Source: Eledone cirrhosa (Eukaryota). From it: a stretch of DNA of 64,000 nucleotides. Position numbers and translations under genes: made by a program. Every line of letters starts with the position of its first letter. The first letter of the stretch is position 1. Of this stretch, positions 52,167 through 64,000 are shown piece by piece. Below the pieces are notes generated by a model. The model was not told where the DNA came from. It did no database searches and worked only from the letters and a program-made list of their open reading frames with translations. The stretch covers positions 30,256,001 through 30,320,000 of the forward strand of contig OZ024751.1 in NCBI GenBank assembly GCA_964016885.1. The letters are read 5' to 3'.

Positions 52167-55100
52167 ACATTAGATCTTACTCTTTCACTGGTCTCAGTTA
52201 TTAGACACCAACCATGCTGGAGCATTGCCTTAACTCTTAACATTCTGTAATAATGTAGCATATCGAAAAATTGGGGTTTGTTAATTCAAGTGTTTACAGT
52301 ATCTTTACAAAGGAAGGGAAAACGAGAGAGAAAAGGCTGTGTGAGAGAGGGGGCTGACACAAATAGAGAGAAAGAATAGGCAGTGTGAGAGAGTGAGACA
52401 GTAAGTAAACGAAGGGGACTGAGTTGATAGTTATGTCGTGATTAAATGGAAGGAAACCAGACGACACAATATGAAATATTAAAATTAGAAAAATACTTTT
52501 GTAATTAATACATACATGCATAAATATATACATATGTTTACGGGTATATTTATATATATAACATACACACTTGTAACTATCTGCCAACAACACAAATACT
52601 TTTAACGGAATTACACGAAGTTTATGTTTTACTTCGTTATTTTCCGTATCAATGTTTTATTATAAAGTTGTGAATGTAATTATGGCGAATACATTGATTT
52701 TATTTATTTATTTTGTTCGAGATATTTTTATCTGGTAGAGCGCCTACATGGGGAACGGGTGTCGTTTTGTATGTTTACAGATTTACTTCCCCTTTGACTG
52801 TAAAATTGATCTGATTTTGCACACCCGCAATTATATTCCAGGAGAGAGTGTTGATAAAATCCAGTACCCCCTCCAAACACCCGCACTCATGTATGTGTGT
52901 GTATATCATGACTCATACATTGTTCACTTTCCTGACATTTGTACAACATCCTTCAAAACTTCCATGCTTCCCGAAATTCGCCAACACTATACAGCTGATA
53001 TACACATGCACACATGTATCAGTGTGTATATCATGACTCATACATTGTTCACTTTCCTGACATTTGTACAACATCCTTCAAAACTTCCATGCTTCCCGAA
53101 ATTCGCCAACACTATACAGCTGATATACACATGCACACATGTATCAGTGTGTATATCATGACTCATACACTGTTCACTTTCCTGACATTTGTACATTACT
53201 CTATGTACTATACATGCACTTTTGATGAGTTTTACTGCACCTGAGCACTGTACACAATTTTTATTATTATTATTATAGAGAGAGAAGAGAAAGAAAAAAG
53301 AAAGGAAGAAAAAGAGAAGGAAGCTAACCTCTTTCATTTTTCCTGAATCAATAACAAAGACAACATCATTAATGGTGAGACTTGTTTCAGCAATGTTTGT
53401 TGAGAGAATCTAGGGGATAAATAAATAAACAATTTAAAACATTTAATAAACAACAACATAAATTAACTAAACATATAAATTAACAGCATTAATTAGATTA
53501 GCAGAATCATTAGTGTGTTACACAAAATACTTTGCTGTATATTATTTCGTAAAGACATTCAAATCCCACAGGATTAACTTTATCTTTTATCCCCCACTGC
53601 TAGTGTTGATAAAATAAAGTACCAGAGATGCACTGGGTTGATTTAATCAAATTTCTCCCTCCCTGACAAATTGCTTAGCTTTGTGCCTAAATTAGAAACC
53701 GTAATTTAACAGCTTTAGTTAGCAACATTCAAATCATGTTATGAGCAACTGTCTTTTATCCTTTTGAAGTCAATAAAAAAGGTACCAGTTTAGTACTGGG
53801 GTTGATTCTTCCTCTAAATCTCTTTCTTACTTTCTCTCTTTATCTCTAGAAGAAATCAGCTGTGTTCAGACTTGGAAAAGGATGGTTTAAAATGTCTAAG
53901 ACACACTGTATGTAAATACGGCACCCTTAAAACTCCATCAGGGTCTATACATCTGTATGTATATATATACACACTATATATATTCAAATATATGTGACAA
54001 AAAATAAAAAAATTGATGGTAGAAGAGATGGTTGGTTTTTATTCTAGGTCAATATTTTAAATGGTTTTCACCCACTTCAAGTTCTATGTAAATGAAGTTT
54101 GGATTTTTGCTTATTTTTCAAACACAAACTAGAGTGGTTGGTTTATATTTGAGTATATACAGTTATATTCATTTATTGACTGGCTGAGTTTTCTTTGCTG
54201 CCTCATAAAATATAAAAACTGCTGGCAAATATTTCTCAGAAAATGGAGAAACAATATAAATAACAAACACTATTGCAACTTTCAAGAAACATGCTAAAAA
54301 TAACATAAGTTACATACAATTTTTCTTATCCCTGGTGGAGGTGATTTGAACACTCGTTTCTGATCCAGTGACTGCATAGAGGAATGTAACATAAATAGAA
54401 GATATCTGAAAATATAAAACGTTATCAAAGATATACATAGCAATTAATTGAAACTGAAATGTGAAATGGGTAGACAGAATCTGGGTGAAAACACGTCATT
54501 TGTGTGTGTATGTCTGTGTGTGCCTGTGTAACTGTGTGCGTGTTTGTGTGTCCATTGTGTATGTGTGCACATGTTTTTCTCTTCATGTTTTCGCCTCCAC
54601 ACAATTTATGCTGCTGTTGGCATTTGTTTATGTCCTGCGTAAACAATATGCTCAGCAGTTCACCATGTCGAGTATTGGCATCACGAAGGGCATCTGGCTG
54701 TGGAATACTGCCTCAAAAAGCCATATCCAACTCATGCCAACTTCGAAAAAGGGGGCATATAAATGATAATGATGATACAGAGAGGGTGGGACAGACAACA
54801 GGATGGTACTTTACTTACTTGATACTGTCAAATCTCTTGTCCTCTCCAATTCTTTCCTTCACACCAACGATATCTTCATAACCAGGAAGAAACACAAGAA
54901 TAGCCCCTGAAATATAAGACACCGATACTGATTATAAGGATCACGTCACATGAATAGAGCGTAGAGTAAAAGACATCAATACTGTTTTTAACAAAAATGA
55001 CACGATAGCCCCTGAAATACAAGATATCGATATTGTTTATAAGGAGAATGTCACAAGAATGGAGCCTAAGGTAAAAGACAAATTACCTGGTTCTAGAATT

Positions 55101-58100
55101 GAACTCACAACCTTACAATGCCGAGTCTAATGTTGCTTTTCATGATAGGACAGTAACTCCTATCATTAAATCACCCAAGAAACCACCTTCGAGATACACC
55201 CTTTTAAGGGGCCAGCTAAACCAGCAACACAGCCATACCTGAATTGATAGTAATTAAGGTAACTTACCTTCAGAAGATGTAACACAGATCTTATGGATGA
55301 GACATACAATGAGGTCTTTATCAATTTTGTCTTCATCAAAGCACTGGTGATAAACATTCAATAGTTCCCTGTCTTGTGGTGTCATATTTTCAGATAACTT
55401 CACTAGGACTGTGTCTGATGTGACGTTGTCTTCGGGAGAGTTCCTGTCAAACACAAACAATACAGAAAACAGTTAATGACTGCTCCCTTTTTGTGCCAGA
55501 TGCAGTTGAGACGTCTGGGGTCCTCAAAATTCCATTTTCCCCTGCAAAATTTGGAGGAGTGCTTTGCACCTGAGGAAGAAGCCCTGTGAGGTGGAGTGGC
55601 TGATTCAGTGAATATAGTTAGTTGTTCTCCATGGTAATATGTTTGCCATTTTGTCCACAGGGCACAGCTGAGATATACCACAGCTAAGATATACCACAGC
55701 TAAGATATGACCGGGGGTGTAGAGTCTGCCATTCCTTCTTCCCTTTCCCTTCTTACTTTCAATTTAATTTTTTTCTTTTTTCATTATAGCAAACATAACT
55801 TAGTTATAAACTATGGTTTGTCATTCCTACTTTACATTATTCTGGTTACAACATTATATTTCATAATTGCATTGTATGGCTCTCACAACGCATTCTTGAT
55901 TAGAGAAATTTAGAAATACCTATAACATTCCCTATACAGTCATAATTACATAAATTTAAAAATATTTACCTGTAACATTCCCATCACATTCTTAATTAGA
56001 TAAATTTATAAATATTTACCTATACTTTCTTAACACATTCGTAATTACATAAATTTAGAAATATTTACCTGTAACTTTCCAGAAGCTCAAGGATCTCAGT
56101 TCTTTGGAATTTCTTTGCCCATTCAATGACAGTCCAGTCATTTGATGCCTGCACATTAACACTTGCTCCTAGACTCAACAATCTCTCAACCACATCAAAG
56201 TAACCCCGGCCAGTTGCTATCATTAATGCTGTAGCACTGGTTTCGGAATGTTTGTAGTCAACTACAAAACAAAGAAGGAAATCATGGTGAAAAACATTAA
56301 AAAAACAAAAAGAAAAAACAATTAACCCTTAGCATTTACATTATTCTATATTTACTATTGTATTTTCATGGTAAAGGCTTTACCTCAGATAATTATCTCA
56401 TATAATATCAAATCTATGAGATTTTGATATTATTTATTTTGGGAACAATAACCTAATGTTAATATGAGCAGCCAGTTACAGTCATTTTGATCAGAATTCT
56501 GGCTTGATATGACCGGTTTAAATACTAAAGGGTCAATTATCATATTTCTAATGAAAAACTATTGCCTATGATTTTCAAATAATTTGGAAAATAGTGGCAT
56601 ATTTGGAGGCATTTAGCAATATAATTAACTTTCTCATTATTAAGCTGGTGTTTGGAGCATAACTTAAAGGTTCTTACACAAAATTTTGATCGCAAGTTAG
56701 CAAATTATAATAGAACATATATCAAATGAACAGACCCAGAGTTAACATATGAGAAGTGAACAGAGCCAAAGTTAACATATGAGAAGTGAACAGATCAGCC
56801 AAAGGAAACATATGAGAAATGAACAGATCAGTAAAAGTAAACAGGTAAAAAACAGCTGAATTTGGAGTCCTTACCATTAACGTTCTCATTGATAATTAAG
56901 TTAAAGATCTGTTCAAAAGCTTCTTCACTGTCAGTGAGCCAAGCATCAGTTAGAAGTTGATCCATTTCCTTTATTAACCAGGGTTCAACTTCATCACTCT
57001 CCTCCACAGACTTCAGTGTGAAATAGAGAAAAACACAAAAGATAGACAAATATACAATAGACATACAAACAGACTAAAACATGTAAACATTGTCATAAAT
57101 AGCATCCGAGGACCATGTGGTAGTGTTAAGCTAGGCAAGTGTACCCTCCAAGTATTCACAAGGCAAAACAGTGGAGTAAATACTGCATGGTATTTCACTC
57201 AACAGTAACAATTCAATCAATTCAACAGAGTGTGTAGCTCGGAGATCAAAGAGTCATTTCAGGTAGAGATGCTACTTCTCTGAATTGAGAGATCACAGCT
57301 CCAATATTATGGGCATGTGGTTAGAATGTCTCAGGAAAGAATTGCTGGACAGATTTTTACAGGCAAAACCAACCAGCAAGGAAACCCAGGGGTAGATCCA
57401 AAGAAAGTTGGTTGGATAACATCTTGGAGATCGAGCCAGATCAATTGGAAACAGTTGCTTCTAAGAGTACCCGCTGGAAGGAGCGTTTGATGATTCTGCC
57501 CCACAACCCTCCCAGTAATAAGTAGAAGAGAAGAAGGATTGAAAGGCAACATTCACCTCATTGGGATTTGAACTCAAAGCAAAGGAAATGGGAACTATAT
57601 ACCTGTAAAGTGTTTTGACAAAATATTAACCAAAATAATTACCTCAAGAGCTTTATCTAAGACTTCCAAGTTTTTACCAGTAATTTTAGTTCGGAACGGT
57701 TTTTCTTCAGACTCATTAGTCAAATTTAATTTCCTGCTACACCAATCACTTAATTGCTTCTGTTGTTTCTCGACTAAAGAGAAAAACACAAAAATAATGA
57801 AAAAAAACAACACATTACAGCGATTATTATTATTATTTGTGGTTAACCCTTTAGCATTTACATAACTCTATATTTACCATTATATTTTCACAGTAAAGGC
57901 TTTATCTCACATAATATCGAATCTATGAGGTCTTCATATTATTTATTTTGAGAACATCTTAACATCAGTATGAGTGGCCAGTTACAGCCAGTTTGAACAG
58001 AAAGAGGTGAGAGAATTTGGCATTTCTAAGGCATTTTTGAAAACTAGCAGAGCCCATCTCTCCAGCCCTGAATATACCAGATTTCTTCCAGAGAAGGGTA

Positions 58101-61100
58101 GAAAGTGAGAGAATGGAAGTGAGGAAGAATCAACCTCAGTACATAACTGGCTCTTTTTTTATGCTGTGGTATTCGTTTTGGCTCTCTGCTCATCCTCGAA
58201 AGGATGAAAGGCAGAGTTAACCTTGGCAGGATTTGAACTCAAAGAGCAGAAAACCAAAATGAATACCACAAAGCTTTCTATCCGACGTTCTAACAACTCT
58301 ACCAATTCACCCTCTTTTATGCCAGTGTAATATATTATTATTGTAGATTGGCAGTATCGGTAGAGGGTCAGATGCCATGCTTTGCAGCATAGTTACGACC
58401 CTTTATGATCCGAGTTCAAATCCTGTTGAGGTTAACTTTGTCTTTCATCCTTACGGGGTTGATAGTACCAGTAATGCACTAGGGTAATTGCTGGCCTTGT
58501 GTCAAAAGTAGAAACAATTATTACAATAAATCACTCTAGCAGAAGAGTATAAGCAGAAATAGCGATAATCTAAAATAACAAATGAAAAATTAATAAATAA
58601 AAATAATACTCACCATTTGATAATTCTCTTTTACATCTCTCCATGGCTTTAGTAGAATAGTTTGTCCTGAAAGAAGTAATTATCACTCAGATAATGGTTT
58701 CTGGCACAAGGCCAACAATTTTTGGGGAGGGAAAATCGATTAACCCTTAGCATTTATATTACTCTATATTTACTATTATATTTTCATGGTGAAGGCTTTA
58801 CTGTACATAATTATCTCACATAATATCGAATCTATGAGATTTTGATATTATTTATTTTGAGAACAATACCTTAACATCAGTATAAGTAGCCAGTTAAAGC
58901 CGGTTTCAACAGAAAGAGGTGAGAGAATTCTGGCTGGATACAGCTGGTTTAAATGCTGAAGGGTTAAATCAACCCCAGTGCATTACCTGTACTTTATTTT
59001 ATCAAGCCTGGTGGGATTTAAACTGAGGACATAAAAGGTCATAACTCTATGCCACAAAGCATATTGTCTGATGCCCTACCGATTCTGCCAATCCACTGGT
59101 CTCATCACGCATATAATAAATGCTGTTGCGTGTGTATATAATGTCATGCTGATGCCACAACAAAACAGTACACAGTCCACCCTGTAAAGTGGTTGTATTA
59201 GTGCCACCCAGTCCACTCTGTAAAGTGGTCATACTAGTGCCACAACAAAAAAAGCACCCAGTCTACTGTTAGACGGCACAGGGATACAGAAGAAATTTAT
59301 GGGAGGAAATGATGGGATAAAAAAAAAAAGGAAATAAACTCACCATTTTAAAACATCTTCTAAAAAATATTCTTTAACCTCAAATAGTGTTCCTGGAACT
59401 GTGAAGAGATAAACATTATAAGTAAACATTACCTTAAATTTTCTATCTCACATATATATATATATATGTGTGTGTGTGCATATATATATTTATATTTTAA
59501 TCCATAAAAAGATAATCATATAGTCTGGCAAATGCCCAGGCCAACAGGAGTGCTAAAGATAAGCTCAGTGCTAGTACTCTAAGTACCAATTTGAAATTTA
59601 AAAAAATATATTTTTGGAGCAGTAATACACCAGTTACCATCTTTATGTAAGTACTTTTACTTACTTTTCGATTTTCTTATGTCATTGTACCTATATACCT
59701 ATATTGGTATTGGATACATTTTGTCTGGGCAATACTACTGATGTATTATTGTATGTATGTGTGTGTATATATATATATATATATATAAAAGTCAGTAAGG
59801 ATGAGGTGGGCATTATGTAGTTGATGAGCCTACTAAAAATAGCAGCAAAATCTCCTACAAATCACACATTCTTGGTGTCAAACCGTTTCAGCCACCTCTT
59901 ACAACATGTAGGGATAGAGACTGTTAAAAGTAGAATATATGTAAAATAAGACAATTACTTACTGCTTACAAAAGCACAGTTGCTGAAATAATTAACAAAT
60001 AGTTCAGCATTTAATGCTGCACTCATTAATACCAGTTTGAGGTTCTTGAAGCGGGGAAGTAGATCTCGTAATGTTATTAGCAGGAAGTCACTGTATCTGT
60101 CTCTTTCATGAATTTCATCCTGTAACGATAGACAGATAAATAGTCATGGAGAAAGATGGGGAGATAGTGAGAGAGAGGAAGAAAGAGTGAGAAAGATAAC
60201 AAGTGACAGAAAGTGACAAAAGAGAGTGACAAAGAGTGAGAAAGATAGTGAGAAAGAAAGATAGTGAAAGATATAGTGAGAGAGGGATAGTGAGAGAGAG
60301 AAAGAGAGATAAGATGGATAACAAGATAAACTTACCACAATAATATGTGTAACAGTGTTCAAAGAACCATCACTTCCCATTAATGTCCGCAGTAATACTC
60401 CAGTTGTACAGAATACCAACAAAGTCCGTGGAGATACTCTGGTAAAGGAAACAAATCAAAACTCCATACAACATTGGACATACAAATAATATTATGTCAG
60501 ATTTTTACATATTAATGCCATATTGTTACATAATAATGCCATATTGTTACACAATAATGCCATATATTTTCACAATAATGCCATATTTTTACGTAATAAA
60601 GTTACATTTTTACATAATAAAGTTACATTTTTACATAATAAAGTTACATTTTTACATAATAAAGTCATATTTTACATAATAAAAGGGTAAAGACCTCCTT
60701 TGGTGATGAATGACCATAGGATTTGCAACTAAAAAGTTCTCTTCCCAGACAATTCCAGGCCAAGGCTGTTCGTGGAAGACCAGCAGTCGCACATGACACA
60801 CACACACACACACACATACACATGCAAGTAAAATCTACACCGCAGGTAACAAATTGGCAGAGAACATTGGATAGAATGCTTTGCGGTATTTATTACAGCT
60901 CTTTGTGCTCTAAGTTCAAAACCTGCAGAGGTCAACTTTGCCTTTTATCCTTTCAACTTCAATAAAGAAGTACCAGTCCAGAGCCGTTTCTTCCTCTATA
61001 TCTCTTTCTTGCACCCCTCTATCACTTTCTCTTCTTCTCTGGAAGAAATTGGTTGTGTTCCTATCTGAAGAGGGGTTGGGCTCTCTCAGGCTTAAAATAC

Positions 61101-64000
61101 CCAAGATATCCCATCTGTAACTACATCTCCCCTAAGACTCCATCAGAAGTTACGGGTCTATACATACAATAGAAAAGAACCAGTCTAGTACAGGAGTCAA
61201 TTCTTCCTCTCTATCACTCTCTCTCTCTTTTTTCTACATCACCCCTAGGATTCAATCAAAAGTCACGGGTCTATTCATACAATAGAAGAGAACCAGTCTA
61301 GTATAGGAGTCGATTCTTCCTCTATATCTATTTCTTACTTCCTCGCTATCACTCTCTCTCTTCTACATCACCTCTAGGACTTCATCAGGAGTTACAGGTC
61401 CTTACATACACACATACAAAATCTACACCAGTTTGTGGTTCTTACTTGCTTTCAAGACGTATTTGATAGCCGACAATCTGACCAATCTTTTCTCCTCGCT
61501 CAGCCGAAACTCTCTCAGCAATAGATAAGGCAGCAATTCTGCGGGGTTGGGTACAGAATATTCGACATGGCTTCCCTTTATTGTGGTGGTCATTCAGAAT
61601 AATCTGTGGCACCTGAAGTAATATTACAAGACAGAACTATTAGATTAATGCGTAAAACGTGATATATAGAGAGAGACTTGTGAGATTAATGGGTAAAATA
61701 TGATAGAGAGAGAACTGTTGGATTAAATGGAAAGGTTAGATGATCAGAGGAGACAGAAGGGTTAAATATAATGCTTCTATAAGATTAACTGGCCTCCCAT
61801 GAGGTTCCTTGAGTATCTTTTTTATAATATTCCTAACACCAACCATTTCATGGTATGAACTGGGTTTGTTTTCTTGTCATGGTACTACCACCACTACCAT
61901 CCAGCAGGGTGGACTGGGTGCCCTTTCTGTCATGATATAAAAATATTTTAAAGTGTTTAAAGTCATCTAAAAACCTATGAAGAAGTAGTCAAGAGAAAGC
62001 TAAGTTAAATCTATATATATAAAACTGAGGATGCCTGTATGTGTGTGTGAGTTTGAATCCCTAAAACTAGAGAAGCACCCAACCAACTGTTTTCAAACTT
62101 TACACATGTAATACTTGTTTCAGAGTGTTCTGAGCAAAAAAAATTTCAAATTTTCAATGCCCTAGGCCAGTTGTCGCCAACCTTTCTAAAACCGAGGAAC
62201 CCTCTAAATATTTTGAATTCTTCACGGAACCTATACAATACAAAACTTTTCAAAAAAAAATAATAAAGTATTTATTTATTTTAGTGAACTTACGTTGTGA
62301 GAACAGCGAACTGACCCTGTCTCTCGGCTGAGAGACCTCGCTGAACTGAAGTTTTCAGTTTAATGTTATGCTGTCACCGACCAACATTTACTTGTTCGAG
62401 ATTGGTCAATTTCTAAGTTCAATTAATGTATTATCAGTAGTAATCAAATTTAGAAAACTATGTCTTTCCAAGAATTGATTAGAAAGTATTCAATTTCCAC
62501 AAATCTCAGAACAGTGTTTTTCTGCTAATTCAAGTGAGAAACTGAAAGTAGTGTTTTCCACGAATTGGAGTGGAGAACCTGTGTACACTACAATAGTACT
62601 CGTTCATTTATACATTGCACCTTTTTCAGAAAACCCAAAATATTAATGGTAATGTAAATATTTACTTTTTTAAGGAACCCGGAGTTTGTTTTACGGAACC
62701 CATTTTGGCGACCACTGCCCTAGGCGATTTAGCGATCTCTCTCTATAATTCTTAGTCTTTCTCTTTTTAGATAGATAGATACATATAACATCACGCCCTT
62801 ATAATATGTGTCTGTATGTCTGCATTACGTCACTTCCTACAATTCGCTCTGCGTCCAGAACGCGCCTTTATAATATGTTTGTATGTCTGGCTGTCTGCTG
62901 CATCCAGTTATTCTGCCACCCTTGCTCAAGACAAATCTCACACTCATTCTCCAAACAGTTGGTAAGTGCACACAACTTCTTCATCACATTTTAAGCCACA
63001 GTGTTGCTTACTTACGTACCACCAGACCCTTACTTCTTTGCCAGCCGTGGTTGTGGCAATACTAAGCTTAGCTAAGGCGGTTATATATTTCACAATGCCT
63101 TATCCCGTGCAACGACGGGTACCACTGCTAGTAGAAAATAAAAACAAACATAGTCTAACCTGGGTAGTTTTTCCAGAGCCAGTTTCACCAGTTACTAAGA
63201 CAACCTGATGGGTGTCCAGTGCTTGTAGAATTTCTGCAGAATGTTGGTAAATAGGTAATGTCTCGCGAAGTCCTGCTACTGTAGATTCCCCACATTTTGG
63301 TGGAATTTGTGGCACTCCATTGCTGAGACGGCCAACAGAAGTCTTCATGATATCTCTGCCTGCAGGAGAATAATAATAATAATAATGATTTAATAATAAT
63401 TGTTTCTACTATAGACATAAGGCCAGCAATTTTGAGGGAGGGGATACTCGATTAAATTGGTGGTACTTTATTTTATCGACCCTGTAAGAATCAAAGGCAA
63501 AGCTAAGGATTTAGCGGGATTTGAACTCAGAATGTAAAGGGTTGTAACTCTATGTTGCAAAGCAAGTTGTCTTACCCTTTACCAATAATAATAATGTTTC
63601 TACTTTTGGCACAAGGCCAGCAATTACCCCAGTGCATTACTTGTTTTATTTTATCAACCTTGTAAGGATGAAAGGCAAAGTTAACCTTGGCAGATTTAAA
63701 CTCAGAACGTAAAGGGTCATAACCCTATGCTGCAAAACATGTCGACACTCTACCGATACAGCCAAACTAAATAATAATATTAATATCAACAAAGAGAAGA
63801 AAATTAGCAGAGAGCAATTAAGTAGTTACTTACCATCACCCAACGATTTTTCAGGTTTGGGAAATAAATCTTGTCGTTCTTTGTTTGTGAGTGGATATCT
63901 TTGCATGAGCGTTCTGATGTGTTGTCTTGAGTTTTTCTCCAAATTGAAAGAGGCGACTTGGCGTTGGGTAACATTACTGCTCTTTTTTGTAATAGTAAGG
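38810..64000 (-). CDS. YTHDC2: 3'-5' RNA helicase YTHDC2 (DExH helicase, ankyrin, HA2/OB, YTH); 5' end including the R3H domain lies beyond the window
   Basis: 30 GT-AG exons join in phase: 63834->64000, 63160-63359, 61446-61612, 60336-60438, 59963-60119, 59344-59398, 58614-58666, 57643-57773, 56875-57010, 56069-56261, 55268-55443, 54819-54906, 54318-54405, 53329-53409, 52040-52122, 51812-51917, 51384-51503, 50438-50603, 49712-49818, 49000-49094, 48625-48801, 48265-48509, 47553-47689, 46505-46600, 45520-45616, 44012-44170, 42021-42313, 41137-41288, 40565-40649, 38810-39829 (~1643 aa in window). Motifs: [49 protein letters not shown]; YTHDC2-typical [24 protein letters not shown]; C-terminal YTH domain. 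Confidence 0.97.
39780..42140 (-). CDS. YTHDC2: YTHDC2 YTH domain (four exons)
   Basis: RMFLMKCNN...[17 protein letters not shown] / [19 protein letters not shown]...IDWLK / [26 protein letters not shown] / [14 protein letters not shown] match the YTH consensus. Confidence 0.94.
39955..40256 (+). mobile_element. tRNA-derived SINE family B with RTE-like tail (copies ~27150-27400, 30190-30512(-), 41870-41990(-), 44440-44760, 50715-50810)
   Basis: A-box TGGCTTAGTGG, B-box GAGTTCAATTC, core TCCTTGAGCAAGACACTT, tail CCCATGCTAGC.TGGAA...GACGT..ATGATG. Confidence 0.75.
42388..42812 (+). mobile_element. Two tandem copies of SINE family A in a YTHDC2 intron
   Basis: Same B-box and GCCTTTCATCCTTAC core. 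Confidence 0.8.
43260..43895. repeat. ~55-60-bp intronic minisatellite
   Basis: Recurrent GAGGTCAGCTGGAATTTTGGATAAATTGTGAAATATA. Confidence 0.85.
52895..53195. repeat. 125-bp tandem repeat, about 2.4 copies
   Basis: ACTCATACA at 52911, 53036, 53161 with near-identical units. Confidence 0.92.
56069..56261 (-). CDS. YTHDC2: YTHDC2 ankyrin-repeat exon between the RecA domains
   Basis: [63 protein letters not shown]; ankyrin consensus TALMxA..G..VV..LL..GA.VN. Confidence 0.93.
58744..58963. mobile_element. piggyBac-like TTAA MITE (~220 bp) inserted into a SINE
   Basis: TTAA|CCCTTAGCATTTA ... TAAATGCTGAAGGG|TTAA; the flanks rejoin as SINE sequence (TCGATTAAATCAACCCC). Confidence 0.8.
59344..63359 (-). 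CDS. YTHDC2: YTHDC2 exons encoding RecA1 (helicase motifs I-III)
   Basis: [33 protein letters not shown] / [20 protein letters not shown] / FCTTGVLLR / [14 protein letters not shown] / LVLMSAALN. Confidence 0.96.
60500..60683. repeat. 21-bp tandem repeat
   Basis: TTACATAATAAAGTTACATTT / TTACATAATAATGCCATATTG. Confidence 0.88.
62010..63131 (+). mobile_element. Non-autonomous Helitron in a YTHDC2 intron
   Basis: 5' A|TCTATATATATAAAA; 3' subterminal hairpin CCCGTGCAACGACGGG then CTAG|T; A-T insertion site without a TSD. Confidence 0.75.
62168..62717. mobile_element. hAT (Charlie-like) MITE nested in the Helitron
   Basis: TIRs CAGTTGTCGCCAA / TTGGCGACCACTG; identical 8-bp TSD CCCTAGGC at 62160-62167 and 62718-62725; subterminal GGAACC repeats. 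Confidence 0.88.

Overview
Eukaryotic, intron-rich, microsatellite- and SINE-dense animal DNA. The repeat families suggest a cephalopod, probably an octopus (inference). Nearly all ORFs in the supplied track are artefacts of (TA)n/(CA)n/(GGT)n/(GGTAY)n repeats. Manual GT-AG splicing gives three minus-strand genes. (1) YTHDC2 (DExH RNA helicase with ankyrin, HA2/OB and YTH domains): 30 phase-consistent exons from beyond 64000 to 38810, with an altered m6A pocket and a ~320-aa G/S/N/H-rich tail after the YTH domain. (2) A complete 6-exon gene (26332-19640) for a 218-aa protein with an N-terminal hydrophobic segment and a single YccV/HspQ-like domain. (3) The first coding exon of a PDZ protein of the Zasp/PDLIM type (11470-11366). 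Mobile DNA includes tRNA-derived SINEs, RTE and R4/Dong LINE relics, a mariner relic nested in a LINE, a hAT MITE nested in a Helitron, piggyBac-like TTAA MITEs, and Penelope-like fold-backs carrying hammerhead-ribozyme-like cores.
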